DNA from: the human T2T-CHM13v2.0 reference genome, Homo sapiens
Length of the DNA stretch: 64,000 nucleotides
Direction: 5' to 3' (one strand)
Assembly: GCF_009914755.1 (NCBI RefSeq)
Contig: NC_060925.1
In this document: piece after piece, positions 17,135 to 31,552 of the stretch
How positions within the stretch are numbered: position 1 is the first letter of the stretch
Layout of the letters: the number at the start of each line of letters is the position of its first letter
Notes under the pieces: model-generated
The model's input: the letters and a program-made list of their open reading frames with translations, nothing else
What the model was told of the DNA's origin: nothing
Databases searched by the model: none
Program-made: the position numbers and the translations under genes

Positions 17135-20112
17135 CTATTATTGATTTCTAATTTCATTCCTTTGTTGTTGGAAAAAACACTGTGTATGATTTTAATTTTT
17201 TAAATTTTATTGAGGTTTGTTTATGGTCTAACACATGTTCTATCCTGAAGAATGTTCCATGTGCAGCTGAGAAGAATGTGTATTCTACTATTGTTGAGTA
17301 GAGTTTTCTTTAGATGTGTTAGGTCTAGATAGCTTATAATGTTGTTCAAGGCTTCTGTTTCCTTGCTGATCTTCTGCCTAGTTGTTTATGCATTACTGAA
17401 AGTGGGGTACTGAAGTTTCCAATTTTTGACATTTCTAAACTATTTCTCCATTCTGTCCGTTTGTGCTTCATGTATTTTGGGGTTCTGTTGTATACGTTAT
17501 ATATGCTTAGAATTGTCATATATTCTTGATGCCTTGATATTTCATCCTTCTTTGCCTCTAGTAACAACATTTGTTTTAACATTTATTGTGTCTCATATTA
17601 GTATCTCCACTCCAGCTTTTAGTTACCGTTTATATGGAATATCTTTTTCCATCCTTTTACTCCCAACCTATTTGTATATTTGATTCTAAAATGAGTCTCC
17701 TATACACGGCATATAAATGGATCATGTCTTTTTTTATCTATTCTGCTAAAAGCCTCCCTTTAGCATTTCTTGTAGGGAAAGTCTGATAGCAACATACTCT
17801 CTGTTTTGTTTATCTGGGAATATCTTAATTTCTCCTTCATTTTTGATGGCTAGTTTTGCTAGATATAGAATTTTTAGTTGATGACAGGTTTTTTTCTTTC
17901 AGTACTTTGACTAGGTAATCACATCACACTGCCTTCTGACCTCCATAGTTTCTGAGGATAAATCAGCTGTTAATCTTATAGCAGATCTCTTGTATGTGAT
18001 GAGTTGCTTTTGCTGCTTTCAAGATTTTTCTCTTTGGCTTTGGCTTTTGACAGTTTGATTATATGTCTAGGTATAAATCTCTTTGAGTTTATCCAACTTG
18101 GAGTTTGTTGAATTTTTTGGAAGTGTAGATTAAGTTTTTCATCAATTTTGGGCAACGATTGAGTATTAAATTCTCTAATATTCTTTCTGCCCTTTTCTTT
18201 CACTTCTCTCTCCTTCTAGAACTTCCACTATGCTTATATTGGTATGCTTTATGGTGTACCCCAGGTGTCTGAGACTATTTGCTTTTCTTAAATTTTTTTC
18301 TTTCTCAGTTTAGATAATCTCAGTTGATCTATTCTTTTTTAATCTGTTTCTGCTAACTCATATCTGTTATTGAGCACTTCTAGTAAATTTTTCATTTCAG
18401 TTATTGTACTTTTCAACTCCATCAATTTCTATTTGTTTTCTTTTTATAATTTCTATTTCTTTATTGATAGTCTCTATTTGTGAGACATCATTCTCATACT
18501 TTAGTTCTTTAAATGTGGTCTCCTCTGAATATATTCAAAATAGCTGATTTGAAGTTTTTGCCCAGAAAGTCCAACATCTGAGCCTCTTCTGGACATTTCC
18601 TACTGATTACTTTTATCCTGAGTGTGGGACATTCTTTCTTGTTTCTTTTTATGTCTTGTAAATTTTTGTTGAAACTGGGCATATTAAATAATATAATATG
18701 GCAAGTCAGGGAATCAGATTTTCTCACTTTCCTCAGGGTTCATTGTTGCTGATTATGGTAGTAGTTATTGTTTGGCAACTTTTCTGAACCAGTCCCATAA
18801 AGCTATATTCTCTGTTGTGTGATGTCACTGCAGTCTCTGTTTGGTTAATTGAGTGGTCAGCTAATAATTGCACTGAAATTTCCTTAAATGCCTTGAGCCA
18901 AAAAAATATCTGTCTTTGCTGAGGAGCTTCGTGTGTATGTTAGGGCACATCTTCAGCACTCAGGCAGGCAGTTGCAACTCTGCCTTAGCCTTCACTTTCT
19001 GCTTGTGCAGAGCTTCAAGGTCAGCCAGAGGTGATAGCCTAGGGCCTTCTTGGGGCTTTCCCGAGCATGCACAGAGCCCTATGCTATGTGTGTGGCCGTC
19101 TAGAGTCCAAGAAATATGTTGTTTTTCAAAGCCCATATGAACATCTTTCCCCAGCCTTTTCTCTCAAACTTTTTCATTAGTCTACTGTTTGCCCCAACTG
19201 TTATCCATCATCCCTGCCAGCAGCAACTGAAACATTTGCCTGTAAATGTTTCAATAAATGCCACTTGTGTGGCAGCTTTAGCACTGGACAAGTTCTGAGT
19301 CAACTTAAATAAAGAGAAGCCTTTCTGGCTGATCTTCCAGGAAGCCACCAGGCAGGTCAAGTAATTCTTTATGAATGAAACCCATTCTGCTCCCTCAGGT
19401 GCCTGGATTGTGGACTGTTATTTTTAAGGCAACTGCTGAGTTGGGGAGTGGGAATGGGAACAAGGTATGTTAAAATGCCACCAAGCTCACTGTTATTGCT
19501 GAGATTCAGCTGTTTTTCTTGAATAGGCATTCCTCAGCTTGCTTCAAGACTTTAGTTTATTTCTTGAGTTCTGAAAAAGTTGATTCAGACAGTTTTTGTC
19601 AGTTTTTACATTGCTTTTTTGGAGGGGTGAAATTTCAGAGTTTCTCATCTGACATCACTCCTTAGTGAAAAACTTTTAATGAATAGATGCAGCAGAAGTA
19701 ATGCTGAATGTCTTCCAAGGTTAGGTTGAAAAAGATGACGCAATTTCCACCTGGCTGTCTCTTGAAACACTTATCCTTGGAATAAGTGACAAATGGTGAC
19801 AGCCATCATTTTGGAAGAATGCCCAGAATATATGGATAGGCTACATGATTGTGTTTGAGACAACAGCCCAGCTACAGTCTAAGCTAATGGCCAGTATTAA
19901 TTACCAGACATGAGTGAATGAGCCTTCAGTGGATTCTAGTCCCTTTCCATTAAGTAGCCCTAGCTAAGTGGAGTAGGGATAAGTATACCCCTATCGAACC
20001 CTGCTCAAGTTGCAGTTTCATGGATAAACTCAATGTTATTGTTTTACACTATTAAGTTTTGGAGTGTTTTAAAATACAGCAATAGGTAAATAGGAAATTG
20101 GAATACAGTCAG

Positions 20113-20532
20113 CGTATTACTCAGGGTTCCCTAGAGGGACAGAACTAATATAGGAGCTTATTAAGTATTAACTTACACGATCACAAAGTCCCACAATAGG
20201 CCATCTGCAAGCTGAGGAGCAAGGAGAGCCAGTCCGAGTCTCAAAACTGAAGAACTTGGGAGTCCAATGTTTGAGGGCAGGAAGCATCTGGCACAGGAGA
20301 AAGATGTAGGCTGGGAGGCTAGGCCAGTATCTCCTTTTCACATTTTTCTGCCTGCTTTGTATTTGCTGGCAGCTGATTAGATTGTGCCCACAAGATTAAG
20401 GGTGGGTCTGCCTTCCCCAGCCCACTGACTCAAATGTTAATCTCCTTTGGCAACACCATCACAGACACACCCAGGATCAATACTTTGCATCCTTCCATAC
20501 AATCAAGTTGACCCTCAGTATTAGCCATCATT
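20113..20532 (-). mobile_element. MLT2A (HERV-L) solo LTR, MLT2A1-like
   Basis: CAGGGTTCCCTAGAGGGACAGAACTAAT...CAATCAAGTTGACCCTCAGTATTAGCCATC; 5-bp TSD GTCAG at 20108-20112 and 20533-20537. Confidence 0.9.
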
Positions 20533-22456
20533 GTCAGGTACCTGAAAGAGGTGTGCTGCTGTAACCCAAAATCTCAATTATAGGTACTGGCTTTGGGTGC
20601 AAGCTTGAAGGACCTCAAACGGATTGTTAATTAAAGTCAAAATGGTCTTAAAGATACTCTTAGCAGAAACTTGATGGCCCTCAAGGAGGCTGTTGGGATT
20701 ACAGGGATTACAGGAACTTGAAAAATGTTATTGGAAACTGGAGAGAAGGGGACCATTATTACATGGGAATGAAAGTTGAACTTCATTGTTTGTTTCAATA
20801 ACATGAAAACTAGGAAATTTACACAATGAATTGGATGTTCTAGCTAAGAAGATTTCCGGGCAAAATGTTCAGTTTCTTATTTAGGTCCTTTTGGCTGCTT
20901 ACAGTAAAAGCAAAAGAAGAAAGAAGTGCTGAAGAACGACTGTTAAATATAAACTAACAAGTGCTTGCTGGTTTGGAAAAGAAAACTGTCTCTCATTGCC
21001 AGCTTTTCCAGATGGCAAATGTTGCTAAAATTAAGAAATGGATTTGGGACAGAGTTCAAATCTAGGAGGGCTGTTAGGAAAACATGGTATATAATTGCAG
21101 TCCAACATATGACTGTAAGACTTTTGGTAAGACTTCAGAAAGATTTAAGATGGTGCCTCTTAAGAGTATGCCTTACAGATCCTCTCTATTAAACAATAGG
21201 GCTCCTAAGGATCTTATGGTTGTTGTCCCACAGAACCTTGTAGGAAGCCCAAGAAGAATAACTTACCTTGACAAGACTTGTGAGTGCAGCTTTTGTCTAA
21301 TGGATTGAATCTCGATAAGACTCATAGAAAACCAACAAAGTTTTTAAGAAAATTGTATCAGCAAACACTGCCAGCTTGAACTGAAAGAGACTGAGACACT
21401 ACAAAATGATAGGAAACTTTTGGCTCTCAAAACTACTAAGTTCAGGAAGCAGGCTGAGAAATGTACTTGGTAGCCTCATAGACCATTTCTTATGTGCAAG
21501 GCAGGATGACTCTCAAATTCAAGAAAAGATGACAAAAAGCCCAGAGGGAAGAGCCAAGAGCTGTAGGGAATCATTCCCAGGCAGTAGGACTAAGCACTAA
21601 TCAAGAAACTGGCAACATGTGCCCTGCCAGATTTTTAAAAGTCTATGGAGCAATAACTTCTGTGTACTTCATTTTCCACCTTTTTGAATGGATCTAAAGC
21701 AGTTTTCGTGCCCCACCATTGTATACTGAGGGAGGGGAGAGAAGATTTCTTTGTAGTTCACAGGTCTTCACATCAAGAACTGTACTTCAGGAGCTGTACT
21801 TAGGGAATCACATCCAAGGAGCCTCAGCTGCCTCTGGATCTGATTTAGATGGTGAAATCTTTGAACTTAAACCTGGTTCTGATACTGTTAAGAGTCTTCA
21901 GGGAGGTTTGAATATGTTCTGCATGAAGCAGGAATGTAAATAATGTGTGACAGACTGTGATTGCTATAAACATGTTTGCAAATTCTTTGACACTCTTCTT
22001 CTCCCCTTAAATATGGGCCAGCTTTAATGACTTGCTTTTAATGAATAGAATAAGATAGAATGTTGATGTATGACTTCAACTTCTGAGGCTAGATTTTAAA
22101 AGGTGATAGCATTTTTACTTAGTTCTCTCTCTTGGGATGCTTGCTCTTGGAATCTGGCCATGTTGAGAAGAATCCCAGGCTATACGGAGAGGCCATGTGC
22201 AAGTGTTTAGCTAACGACCCCAGTTATCATCCTAGCTGATGGCTAGCATCAACTGCCAGACAAATGAGTGAATGAGCTTTCAGATAATTCCAGCCCCAGC
22301 ATTTAAGTGACCTCAGCTAATGCCTAATGGAGCAGAGGTGAGCTGTCCCTCCTAAGGCCATACTAGTTTGCAAGTATGTTGGTAAAATAAATGTTGTCAT
22401 TGTTTTTAAACCACTATATTTGGAGCTGGTTTGTCACACAATAGATAATTGGAACA

Positions 22457-22710
22457 AAGTGGTGGTTTTAATTTGCATTGCCCTGATTAATGATATTGAA
22501 TATCTTTTCATATGACAATTGGCCACTTACATATCTTCTTTTACATATCTTCATTTGTTCAAATTTTTGCTTTTTTATTCCAGATACAAGTCTTTTTTAA
22601 AGAAATATATATTTGAAGACATGTATTCTCCCAGTCTGTGGCTTGCCTTTGCATTTTCTTAATGTTGACTTTAGAAGAGGTTTTAAATTTTTATAAATTT
22701 ATCATCTTTT
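22457..22710 (-). mobile_element. Old L1 (L1ME-like), part 2
   Basis: GTGGTTTTAATTTGCATTGCCCTG continues the L1 consensus interrupted at ~12933. Confidence 0.7.
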
Positions 22711-23140
22711 GAGTACCTACAATGATTTATGTACTTTCCCTATATTACGTTTAATCTTCACAACAACTTTCTTAAAAAGGGATTATCATTGCCATTTTGC
22801 ACATGATGAAACTGAAGGTAAGAGAGGATAATTTGAGAATAAGAAATGAAGTAACACAATAAGGAACAGTATCAGGCATCAGGCATCAAACCTAGGTATG
22901 CATGATGTCAAAGCATGGCTCTTTTCCTTCTACCATGCAATAAACCTCAGTAAAACTTACATCTGGAACATCCCTCTTTGGCTTACTAATTATGACCCTG
23001 GAGAAGTCACTAAACTTTTAGGAAGAGGCCTCGGTTTCTTTTTCTATAAGATCAAGAAAATGATACCCATGTCATAGAAGCCCTATGAGGATGGTTGTGT
23101 ATGAAAAAGCATTGTAAACTCTCAAGTCCCTCATAAATGC
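22710..23140. mobile_element. Two degenerate MIRs in opposite orientation
   Basis: ATTTTGCACATGATGAAACTGAAG (minus) and TGACCCTGGAGAAGTCACTAAAC..CCTCGGTTTC (plus). Confidence 0.6.
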
Positions 23141-24857
23141 TTATGTCTTGATCAAAACTATACTAAAGAATTGGTTTATCCCCATAGTACTTCCCCATAA
23201 TTTTGGGAAAATTTGATAGCTTCTCTTTCCCTTTTTACCCCATAAAAATTCTATAAATATATTATTTTGCCTCCCCCTTTATACATCAGATTACTCTTAA
23301 ATTTAATAAGGAAAAAAAGTCACATTTTTACTCAATATTCCTTCCAAAAGTCTGGCCTACTTTCCTCTTATGTTTACAACCAAAAAGTGCTCTATGGCCT
23401 TTTAAGATGTTAGTAAACAGACAGCTGGTCTCAAATGACCAAGAAACCATAAATGAGCACTGGCAGGTCTAACATGCCAACAGGCCCTCCTCAGACAGAG
23501 TTCACATCCCACCTGCACCTGGATGGGCCAGAGCAAGGCTGTCACAGCCAGATCCAACACCTGTTTGCTCACAGAAACACATTATCTCCCTTGCTATAGG
23601 GTGGTGGTGGACGGTGGGTGCTATCGCAGGTCAAGGTTATGCTGTGGGTGAGACTCCACAGCTTGAGGAGGTTCCATACCATGAGTGCAGGAAGACACTG
23701 ATACTCGCCAGCATGTGCCCCTTTTCTACAGTTATCTTCCTCTAGATTCTGAAAAATAGAACACACTGCTTGGTGTTAAATTTCTTTGAGATTAATACAA
23801 AAATGCTTGCTTAACTAAACTTGCTTTCTCTCTAAACCTGCTGTTTCCTTAAATCATCCCTGGGCATATGCAGTACTTTGGACCAAAAATCCGTAAGTAT
23901 TTAGGGTTAGTGAGTTGACTCTATCATTAAAAAATAATTTATTTTGGGTTATTGTTTTTCTAGCATTCACTTTTAGTAAGCCAAGGGATAATTTTAGTGT
24001 GCTTTTTACATATTTTATAAATCTACCTTGTTTCCAATAGTTTCTAGTTTAAATTGAACCATTTTCCATGAACATTTTTAGGTCAAAGATGGTTGAATAT
24101 CAGCAACTTCATATAATTTCACCTAATTACATTGTGAATAGGAAGTGATGTTCTCTCCTTAGATTAAAGGGTGTTGGTATAAACACCCAGTTTAGTTCTG
24201 TATTTCTACTTATCCTTTGATGCTTTTTCTTTAGTTCTCCCCAACATAATATTTAATTTTTATTAAGATCTCTGCGCCCCTTTCTCTGCCTCACCCCATC
24301 GTAGCTTAACAATTATTTCAATCTCTCCTAGAAATAGTTTATAAATACATTGGTTTTTAGTAGTTCAGAAATGTCACCAAATCACACCACCTTTCAAGCC
24401 TAAAAAAGCGGTATCCACCATTAGAAGCAAGCAGCTTTTCTTTCATTTCCTTCTTGATCATTGAGCTGAGATGTTTTAGAAGGTATCATTTATAAACTAA
24501 GATGACTTAGAACCAGCATCCACCTTTCAGAGGATATAAATACTCTTTCGTTCCACATATGGTCCCATCTGGTGGTTCTATACACAAACCATGCCTCTTG
24601 GTCTGGCTTCCATTTATAAAATTTGGCATATGAGAAATACAGAACTGTGGTTCCAGGTCTGGCTCTCCCAGTGTTTAGAAAACACATATCTACACCTCCA
24701 CACCCTGGCAGTGGCCCAGGCCTGACCATGCATTCAGAATTTGAGGGAAAGGGTTTGCCTTGGAAAACCTCTAGTGAGGCAGTCTTTTTTGTGATATGAT
24801 CTGACTCCTCTGTAGAGCTTCTTACTTCCTAACAGCGTCCACTAAAGATCTGCAGGG

Positions 24858-25160
<303 letters not shown>

Positions 25161-25842
25161 TCTACGGTGCATAAATGTCTCAGAGGAACAGAGGAACACC
25201 TAAGTTGTCAATATATCCCTTGCCATCAAGGAGAGCCATTGATTCCTTGTGTGTCAAATTCAAAGTTCATTGATCTGCAAGAAGATCCATCATCAGTCTC
25301 CATTACCAAAGCAGTAAGATTCCCTTAGTAACTCCTTTCATCCATATATGGAGTGCACAACTCTAGCTATCAAAAGTATCTTAGCAATTTTTTAGTACCA
25401 CAGAGGGTGGATTGTGCTGGGGATCTGCAGAAAGTCTTCCTGTGTGGCTTCAGAATAACATCATTCACGACTTTCTCTACCATTTTTCTTTTTATATCAG
25501 GGGAGAATCAAAATGTGATACTAAGGAGAATGATCAGGAGGCCCTCCGTATGTTTCATTGTTTCTTACTTGGGCAGCTGCAAAGGTTGAGATCTTAGTGT
25601 TGATTTAACTAAGATCTTTCCTCCTCCTCCTTCTTCCTGCCTTCTTCTACACTGTCATCTTGCCAGTGGCTCATGTCAACCAAGTCGGAACCAGCCAATG
25701 AATCTAATTCATTAGCTCACGGCAATGCAAAATAGCACTGTTAACTCAAAGCAATTAAGAAGACCGGGTCACACGGTTGTTAACTGTGTCAGAGAAAAAT
25801 TTCGTGAAGAAATAAATCTTGAGTATGACCTTGGATGTGCAG

Positions 25843-26145
25843 TGATATACTTTGGATATTTGTCCCTGACCAAACCTCATGTTGAAATGTAATCCCCAAT
25901 ATTGGAGGTGGGGCCTAGTGGTAGATGTCTGGGTCATGAGGGTGGATCATGACCCAGCAGGCACCAAGTGACATGGCTGCTCCTGCTTTGCCTTCCACCA
26001 TGGGAAAAGCTCCCTGAGGCCTCCCCAGAAGTCAGGCAGATGCTGGCACCATGCTTGTACAGCCCACAGAACTGAGAACCAATTAAACCTCTATTCTTTA
26101 TAAATTACCCAGTCTCAGGTATTTCTTCATAGCAATGCAAGTACA
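25843..26145 (+). mobile_element. MST (MaLR) solo LTR with internal deletion
   Basis: CTCATGTTGAAATGTAATCCCCAA...ATTAAACCTCT..ATAAATTACCCAGTCTCAGGTATTTC. Confidence 0.85.
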
Positions 26146-27276
26146 GAATGTACATGAAACTGGTAAAACTCATTGACTTAGAGATGTGTTCATCAACTGT
26201 AACTGAGCAGATTATTTACATTAAATAACTAGCTAAAAAAGAAATACCATCCAATCAGACAAACAGCAGCCTAACAACAAAACTGTATTAGGACAATGGT
26301 GATGTTTTATTTATCCTGGCAGATTCCATTATGCCTCACCACAGAAAGCATCTATTACCTACTTATTGAATAAACACAGTACTAATCATTGGTAGAGGGT
26401 CTGAGACTGAACAATGTTACCAGTGTTATTCAGCATTGTGTAGTGAGAAGGAAACAGATATTTAATAATCAGATGAATATTCAAAATTCAACATGTGTTA
26501 CTTGACATTGAACAGGTGATTTTAGCTCTCCAGAGCCTTTCCTGATTTGTAAAATGACATCTCTGAGGACTATTGTGAAGATGAATGAGTAAACATGTGC
26601 AAGTTCACTGTTAATGGGGATGAAGGTATAGTATTATTTTGAACACCATTATTAGTTTTGTATGAATATTAGCCATCTCATGATGGGAGTGACTATGTCC
26701 TGATAATCCATTGCTTTCTCTCCTAAGGTTTAGGGGAAGTTTTTGCAATTCCCAAATGGTTTTGTCTTTTAAATACAGAAAGCAGAAATTCATAAGTAAA
26801 TGTGAAGGCAACTAGAGGTTCCAGTTCTTACCCAGTATTTGATTTCTAGGCAGGAACACCAGCCATTTGGGCATTCAGGCACTGGAGAAGTTAATGCCTT
26901 TTGTTTCCTTTACATCAAGACTGAAGATATGAGAGATACATTTCCTGGAGTCACAGAGATACATGCAGGTCCAAGAATGAAGATAGGAGGTGGGCCATAA
27001 ACTGACATGTTAACTGAAAGTTCTACTCTTTCAAAAAATTGGCAAATAAATAATATCCTGTAATGGCTATGAAATGTTTCTAGTCGGGCTTTTATCGAAT
27101 GGTACGTAGTATTTCCCAATGTGTTGAGTTTTTAAACACCTAAATACTAAAATCCAAAATAGAACATCCAAATTATTTTACTTTGAAGGGTGGGCTTACT
27201 GCTTCTAAGAATCAGTTCTTCTGCTGACTGGTAAACTGATTTTCTGTTTATATCAACCAGAACTTTAAAGGCCTGA

Positions 27277-27640
<364 letters not shown>

Positions 27641-27771
27641 TTCACTTTTATAGTTTGTGACAACGTGGGAGGGAGAAGTTCTACTTGGTAATGACAGTGG
27701 TAGCTGTCACTGAGTGACAGTCAAAGTGATGATTCTGAACTTTGGTGTTCTATGTATACTTGACATAGGAC

Positions 27772-27983
27772 CACTGGTGTGCTGGAGCAATGAGAGGTGA
27801 GTGTGCACAATTCTTCCCAACTCTGCTTTTGGTGACATCATTTTGGTAGCTTGCAGTCAGCCACAGCGAGAGCATTTACATCATAGAAATTGGCAAATGC
27901 TACAAATTAGGTACCTGTGCACATAACCACCCCCAACCCTTGCCTGGAAAACCAGTTGTTAAACACTGACTGACACATCATTG
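27772..27983 (+). mobile_element. MER63A-like hAT DNA transposon (MITE)
   Basis: Termini CA(C)TGGTGTGCTGG / CACATCATTG; core AGAAATTGGCAAATGCTACAAAT; degenerate 8-bp TSD CATAGGAC/CATCGGAA. Confidence 0.8.
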
Positions 27984-27995
27984 CATCGGAATAAA

Positions 27996-28290
27996 TTTTT
28001 TTTTTTTGTTTTTTGAGACAGTGTCTCACTCTGTCACCCAGGCTGCAGTGGTGCAATCTCAGCTCACTGTAACCTCTGCCTCCGGGTTCAAGTGGTTCTC
28101 TTGCCTCAGCCTCCTGAGTAGCTGGGACTACAGGTGCACACCACCGTGCCTGGCTAATTTTTTTATTTTTAAGTAGAGACGGGGTTTTGCCATGTTGGCC
28201 AGGCTGGTCTCAAACTCCTGGCCTCAAGTGATCCACCCGCCTTGACCTCCTAAGTGTGGGGATTATAGGTGTGAGCCACTGCGCTCGGCC
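27996..28290 (-). mobile_element. Alu
   Basis: Dimeric Alu. Confidence 0.93.
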
Positions 28291-29662
28291 CAGACTAAAC
28301 TTCTTGAATGCTATTCTTACTGATATTGAGTCTATGATTCTTAAAGTCCAAGAGGGTACAGTTGTTAACAGGTTGTTTGAAGTCTTAAAATTTTAATCTA
28401 AAATACCACTAATATCTTCCTGGATCTGTATCAGCAGAAGTACTTCAATCTTAGGTATCCTAGTTCCCCAGAATCCCAGCCTTCACTGTAATATATTTGG
28501 TGCTGGTCTAATGCCCTAAGGTTCTCAGTCTCTAAGACAGTTTGACTCTTCTGGAAATCAAAGGCTGTTCTATAGAAAACAGACAGTTTGATTAAAAAAC
28601 ATTCTATTGATGCCAAATGTTTGTTTGAAAATTCTCTCCAGGAGAAGGCTCTTCCAGAAACTGTATACAGATCAGAGATGCCAATGAGACTCAGGCTCAT
28701 TTAAAAATTGTGTCAACTGACAAGGCTAAAAATGAAGACTCCCTTAGTATTCCAAGAGCACTGAGAAAATTTCCAGTTTAATTAGTTAAATGCTGTCATT
28801 ACATTGATACATACATATTGCTCTCTTATTTGTGTCATTATGTATTTTTGTGCTTCTATCTTGTTATTTGATGTTTGTACTGATCATTCTCCAGGTTCGG
28901 GATTCTCATTCTTGTGTAGCTCATCACATTTCTTACTACAGGGCTACCCATGTCACAGATAGACAATAAATGTTGTGGGAGATAGTAATGAGTTTTTAAA
29001 AGACTTCCATAGAATAAGATTCACTCGGTAACCCACTTCAGTTTACAAGATTGTTCCTCATTCCTTGCCCAAATCCCTCACACTGAGGCTTATATCCATT
29101 TATTGTTTGGAACGCAGGGGAGATAGAGAACAGCTGATCACCATCTTCCACATAATCGCCCTTCATATTTGTATCTGGGTGGAGCTTACATTCAAGACAG
29201 AAGCTTAGGGCCCAGTATGAGACTGGCTGAATAGGCTTTGTTCTTTAAAAATGTTAAAACTGCCATCACTCGGCCTACTGCTCTTTTAAATGAGTTTTCT
29301 TTTTTCCTACACCAGTTTCAGCGGTTTTCCAGGGTAGGAAGACCAAGTGACTAGACATCTGAATAAGCATTAATATGTTTTGCAGTCTTCATTCAGCTCA
29401 CAACCCTTCAATATCATTTTGTTCCACAATAATTCAGGTCAATTCTTGAAACACAGTATGAGACATGTTATCAATGCCTTTAGCCCTGAAGAAGTCCAGC
29501 TTAAGTAGGCTTTTCCCAAAATCGTGTATTGCTTCTTACCTTACTAGTCATATGCACCATTTTCACTCTGGTTTTTAATGAACAGTTTACCTGAAATAAA
29601 TTGGCAATAAAATTTATTAACATTTTTTGTTCTCGTATCATTTTGAACTTTGCTTTTCATTT

Positions 29663-31136
29663 TTTTTTTTTAATTTATTGATTGATTGATTTATTGATCA
29701 TTCTTGGGTGTTTCTCGCAGAGGGGGATTTGGCAGGGTCATAGGACAATAGTGGAGGGAAGGTCAGCAGATACACAAGTGAACAAAGGTCTCTGGTTTTC
29801 CTAGGCAGAGGACCCTGCGGCCTTCCGCAGTGTTTGTGTCCCTGGGTACTTGAGATTAGGGAGTGGTGATGACTCTTAAGGAGCATGCTGCCTTCAAGCA
29901 TCTGTTTAACAAAGCACATCTTGCACCGCCCTTAATCCATTTAACCCTGAGTGGACACAGCACATGTTTCAGAGAGCACAGGGTTGGGGGGTAAGGTCAC
30001 AGATCAACAGGATCCCAAGGCAGAATAATTTTTCTTAGTACAGAACAAAACGAAAAGTCTCCCATGTCTACTTCTTTCTACACAGACACGGCAACCATCC
30101 GATTTCTCAATCTTTTCCCCACCTTTCCCCCCTTTCTATTCCACAAAACCGCCATTGTCATCATGGCCCGTTCTCAATGAGCTGTTGGGTACACCTCCCA
30201 GACGGGGTGGCTGGCCAGGCAGAGGGGCTCCTCACTTCCCAGTAGGGGCGGCCGGGCAGAGGCGCCCCTCACCTCCCGGACGGGGTGGCTGGCCGGGCGG
30301 GGGGCTGACCCCCCCACCTCCCTCCCGGATGGGGCGGCTGGCCTCGCGGGGGCTGACCCCCCACCTCCCTCCCGGACGGGGTGGCTGCCGGGCGGAGACG
30401 CTCCTCACTTCCCAGATGGGGTGGCTGCCGGACGGAGGGGCTCCTCACTTCTCAGACGGGGTGGCTGCCAGGCAGAGGGTCTCCTCACTTCTCAGACGGG
30501 GCGGCTGGGCAGAGGCGCTCCTCACATCCCAGACGGGGCGGCGGGGCAGAGACGCTCCTTACTTCCTAGATGGGATGGGCGGCGGGGAAGAGGCGCTCCT
30601 CACTTCCCAGACTGGACAGCCAGGCAGAGGGGCTCCTCACATCCCAGACGATGGGCGGCCAGGCAGAGACGCTCCTCACTTCCCAGACAGGGTGGCGGCC
30701 GGGCAGAGACTGCAATCTCGGCTCTTTGGGAGGCCAAGGCAGGCGGCTGGGAGGTGGTTGTAGCGAGCCGAGATCACGCCACTGCACTCCAGCCTGGGCA
30801 CCATTGAGCACTGAGTGAACGAGGCTCCGTCTGCAATCCCGGCACCTCGGGAGGCCAAGGCTGGCGGATCACTCGCGGTTAGGAGCTGGAGACCAGCCTG
30901 GCCAACACAGGGACACCCCGTCTCCACCAAAAAAATAGGAAAACCAGTCAGGCATGGCGGCGTGCGCCTGCAATCGCAGGTACTCGGCAGGCTGAGGCAG
31001 GAGAATCAGGCAGGGGGGTTGCAGTGGGCCGAGATGGCAGCAGTACAGTCCAGCTTCGGCTAGGCATCAGAGGGAGACCGTGGAGAGGGAGAGGGGGAGA
31101 GGGAGGGGGAGGGGAGGGGAGGGGGAGGGGGAGGGG
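29663..31136 (-). mobile_element. Full-length SVA retrotransposon (C/D-like; subfamily uncertain)
   Basis: Minus-strand order: (CCC(T/C)CT)n hexamer ~31083-31136, Alu-like ~30700-31080, GC-rich VNTR ~30190-30700, SINE-R ~29690-30185, AATAAA (29690-29695), A tail. Confidence 0.97.
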
Positions 31137-31242
31137 ATATGTTTGATCTTATTCCTGCTATCTTATTGTATGTCTTCTTGTTGTTTCCAGAGAAGACAAT
31201 AGTGGGTAGGATGAAAAAGTAGAGCCAAGTTGAACAGTAATG

Positions 31243-31254
31243 CTGCTGCTGCTA

Positions 31255-31286
<32 letters not shown>
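31243..31286. repeat. (GCT)n-(GAT)n trinucleotide repeat
   Basis: GCTGCTGCTGCTAAT(GAT)n. Confidence 0.95.
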
Positions 31287-31288
<2 letters not shown>

Positions 31289-31289
31289 G

Positions 31290-31552
31290 GGGGATGGAGG
31301 AAAATAAAGAGGATAGAGGATTGAAAGATGATTCCTTGATATAAAGCTTGGTCAACTGATAAACGAAAGGAATAAAAGCCTTCTTTTGCTTGTTTTTGTA
31401 ATGGTAGAGATGATAAGTTTAGTTTAAGTCCTTTCAAGTCCTTATGGCATATAAGTAGAGACATGCCACAAAAGCAGTTGGATATCAAATCTGCAGCTTA
31501 TGAAAGTTTTCATCTACATATCCATGGTTCTACAGGAGAATCTGAATGTTGC
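31290..31552 (-). mobile_element. L2 fragment within the transduced segment
   Basis: GATGATAAGTTTAGTTT..AGTAGAGACATGCC..GCAGTTGGATAT matches L2 RT region; peptide ISNC..SLLICHKDLK resembles L2 ISNCLLDISTWMSHRHLK. Confidence 0.65.

Noticed and set aside
29663-29695. Possible 3' transduction after the SVA
   Set aside because: Only about 18 nt of (TCAA)n/AATAAA-like tail variation; no unique transduced sequence.
30155-31063. Several 60-200 aa GC-rich ORFs
   Set aside because: Artefacts of the SVA VNTR and Alu-like domains.
31158-31488. Poly-His/poly-Ile ORFs
   Set aside because: Produced by the (CAT)n microsatellite and decayed L2.
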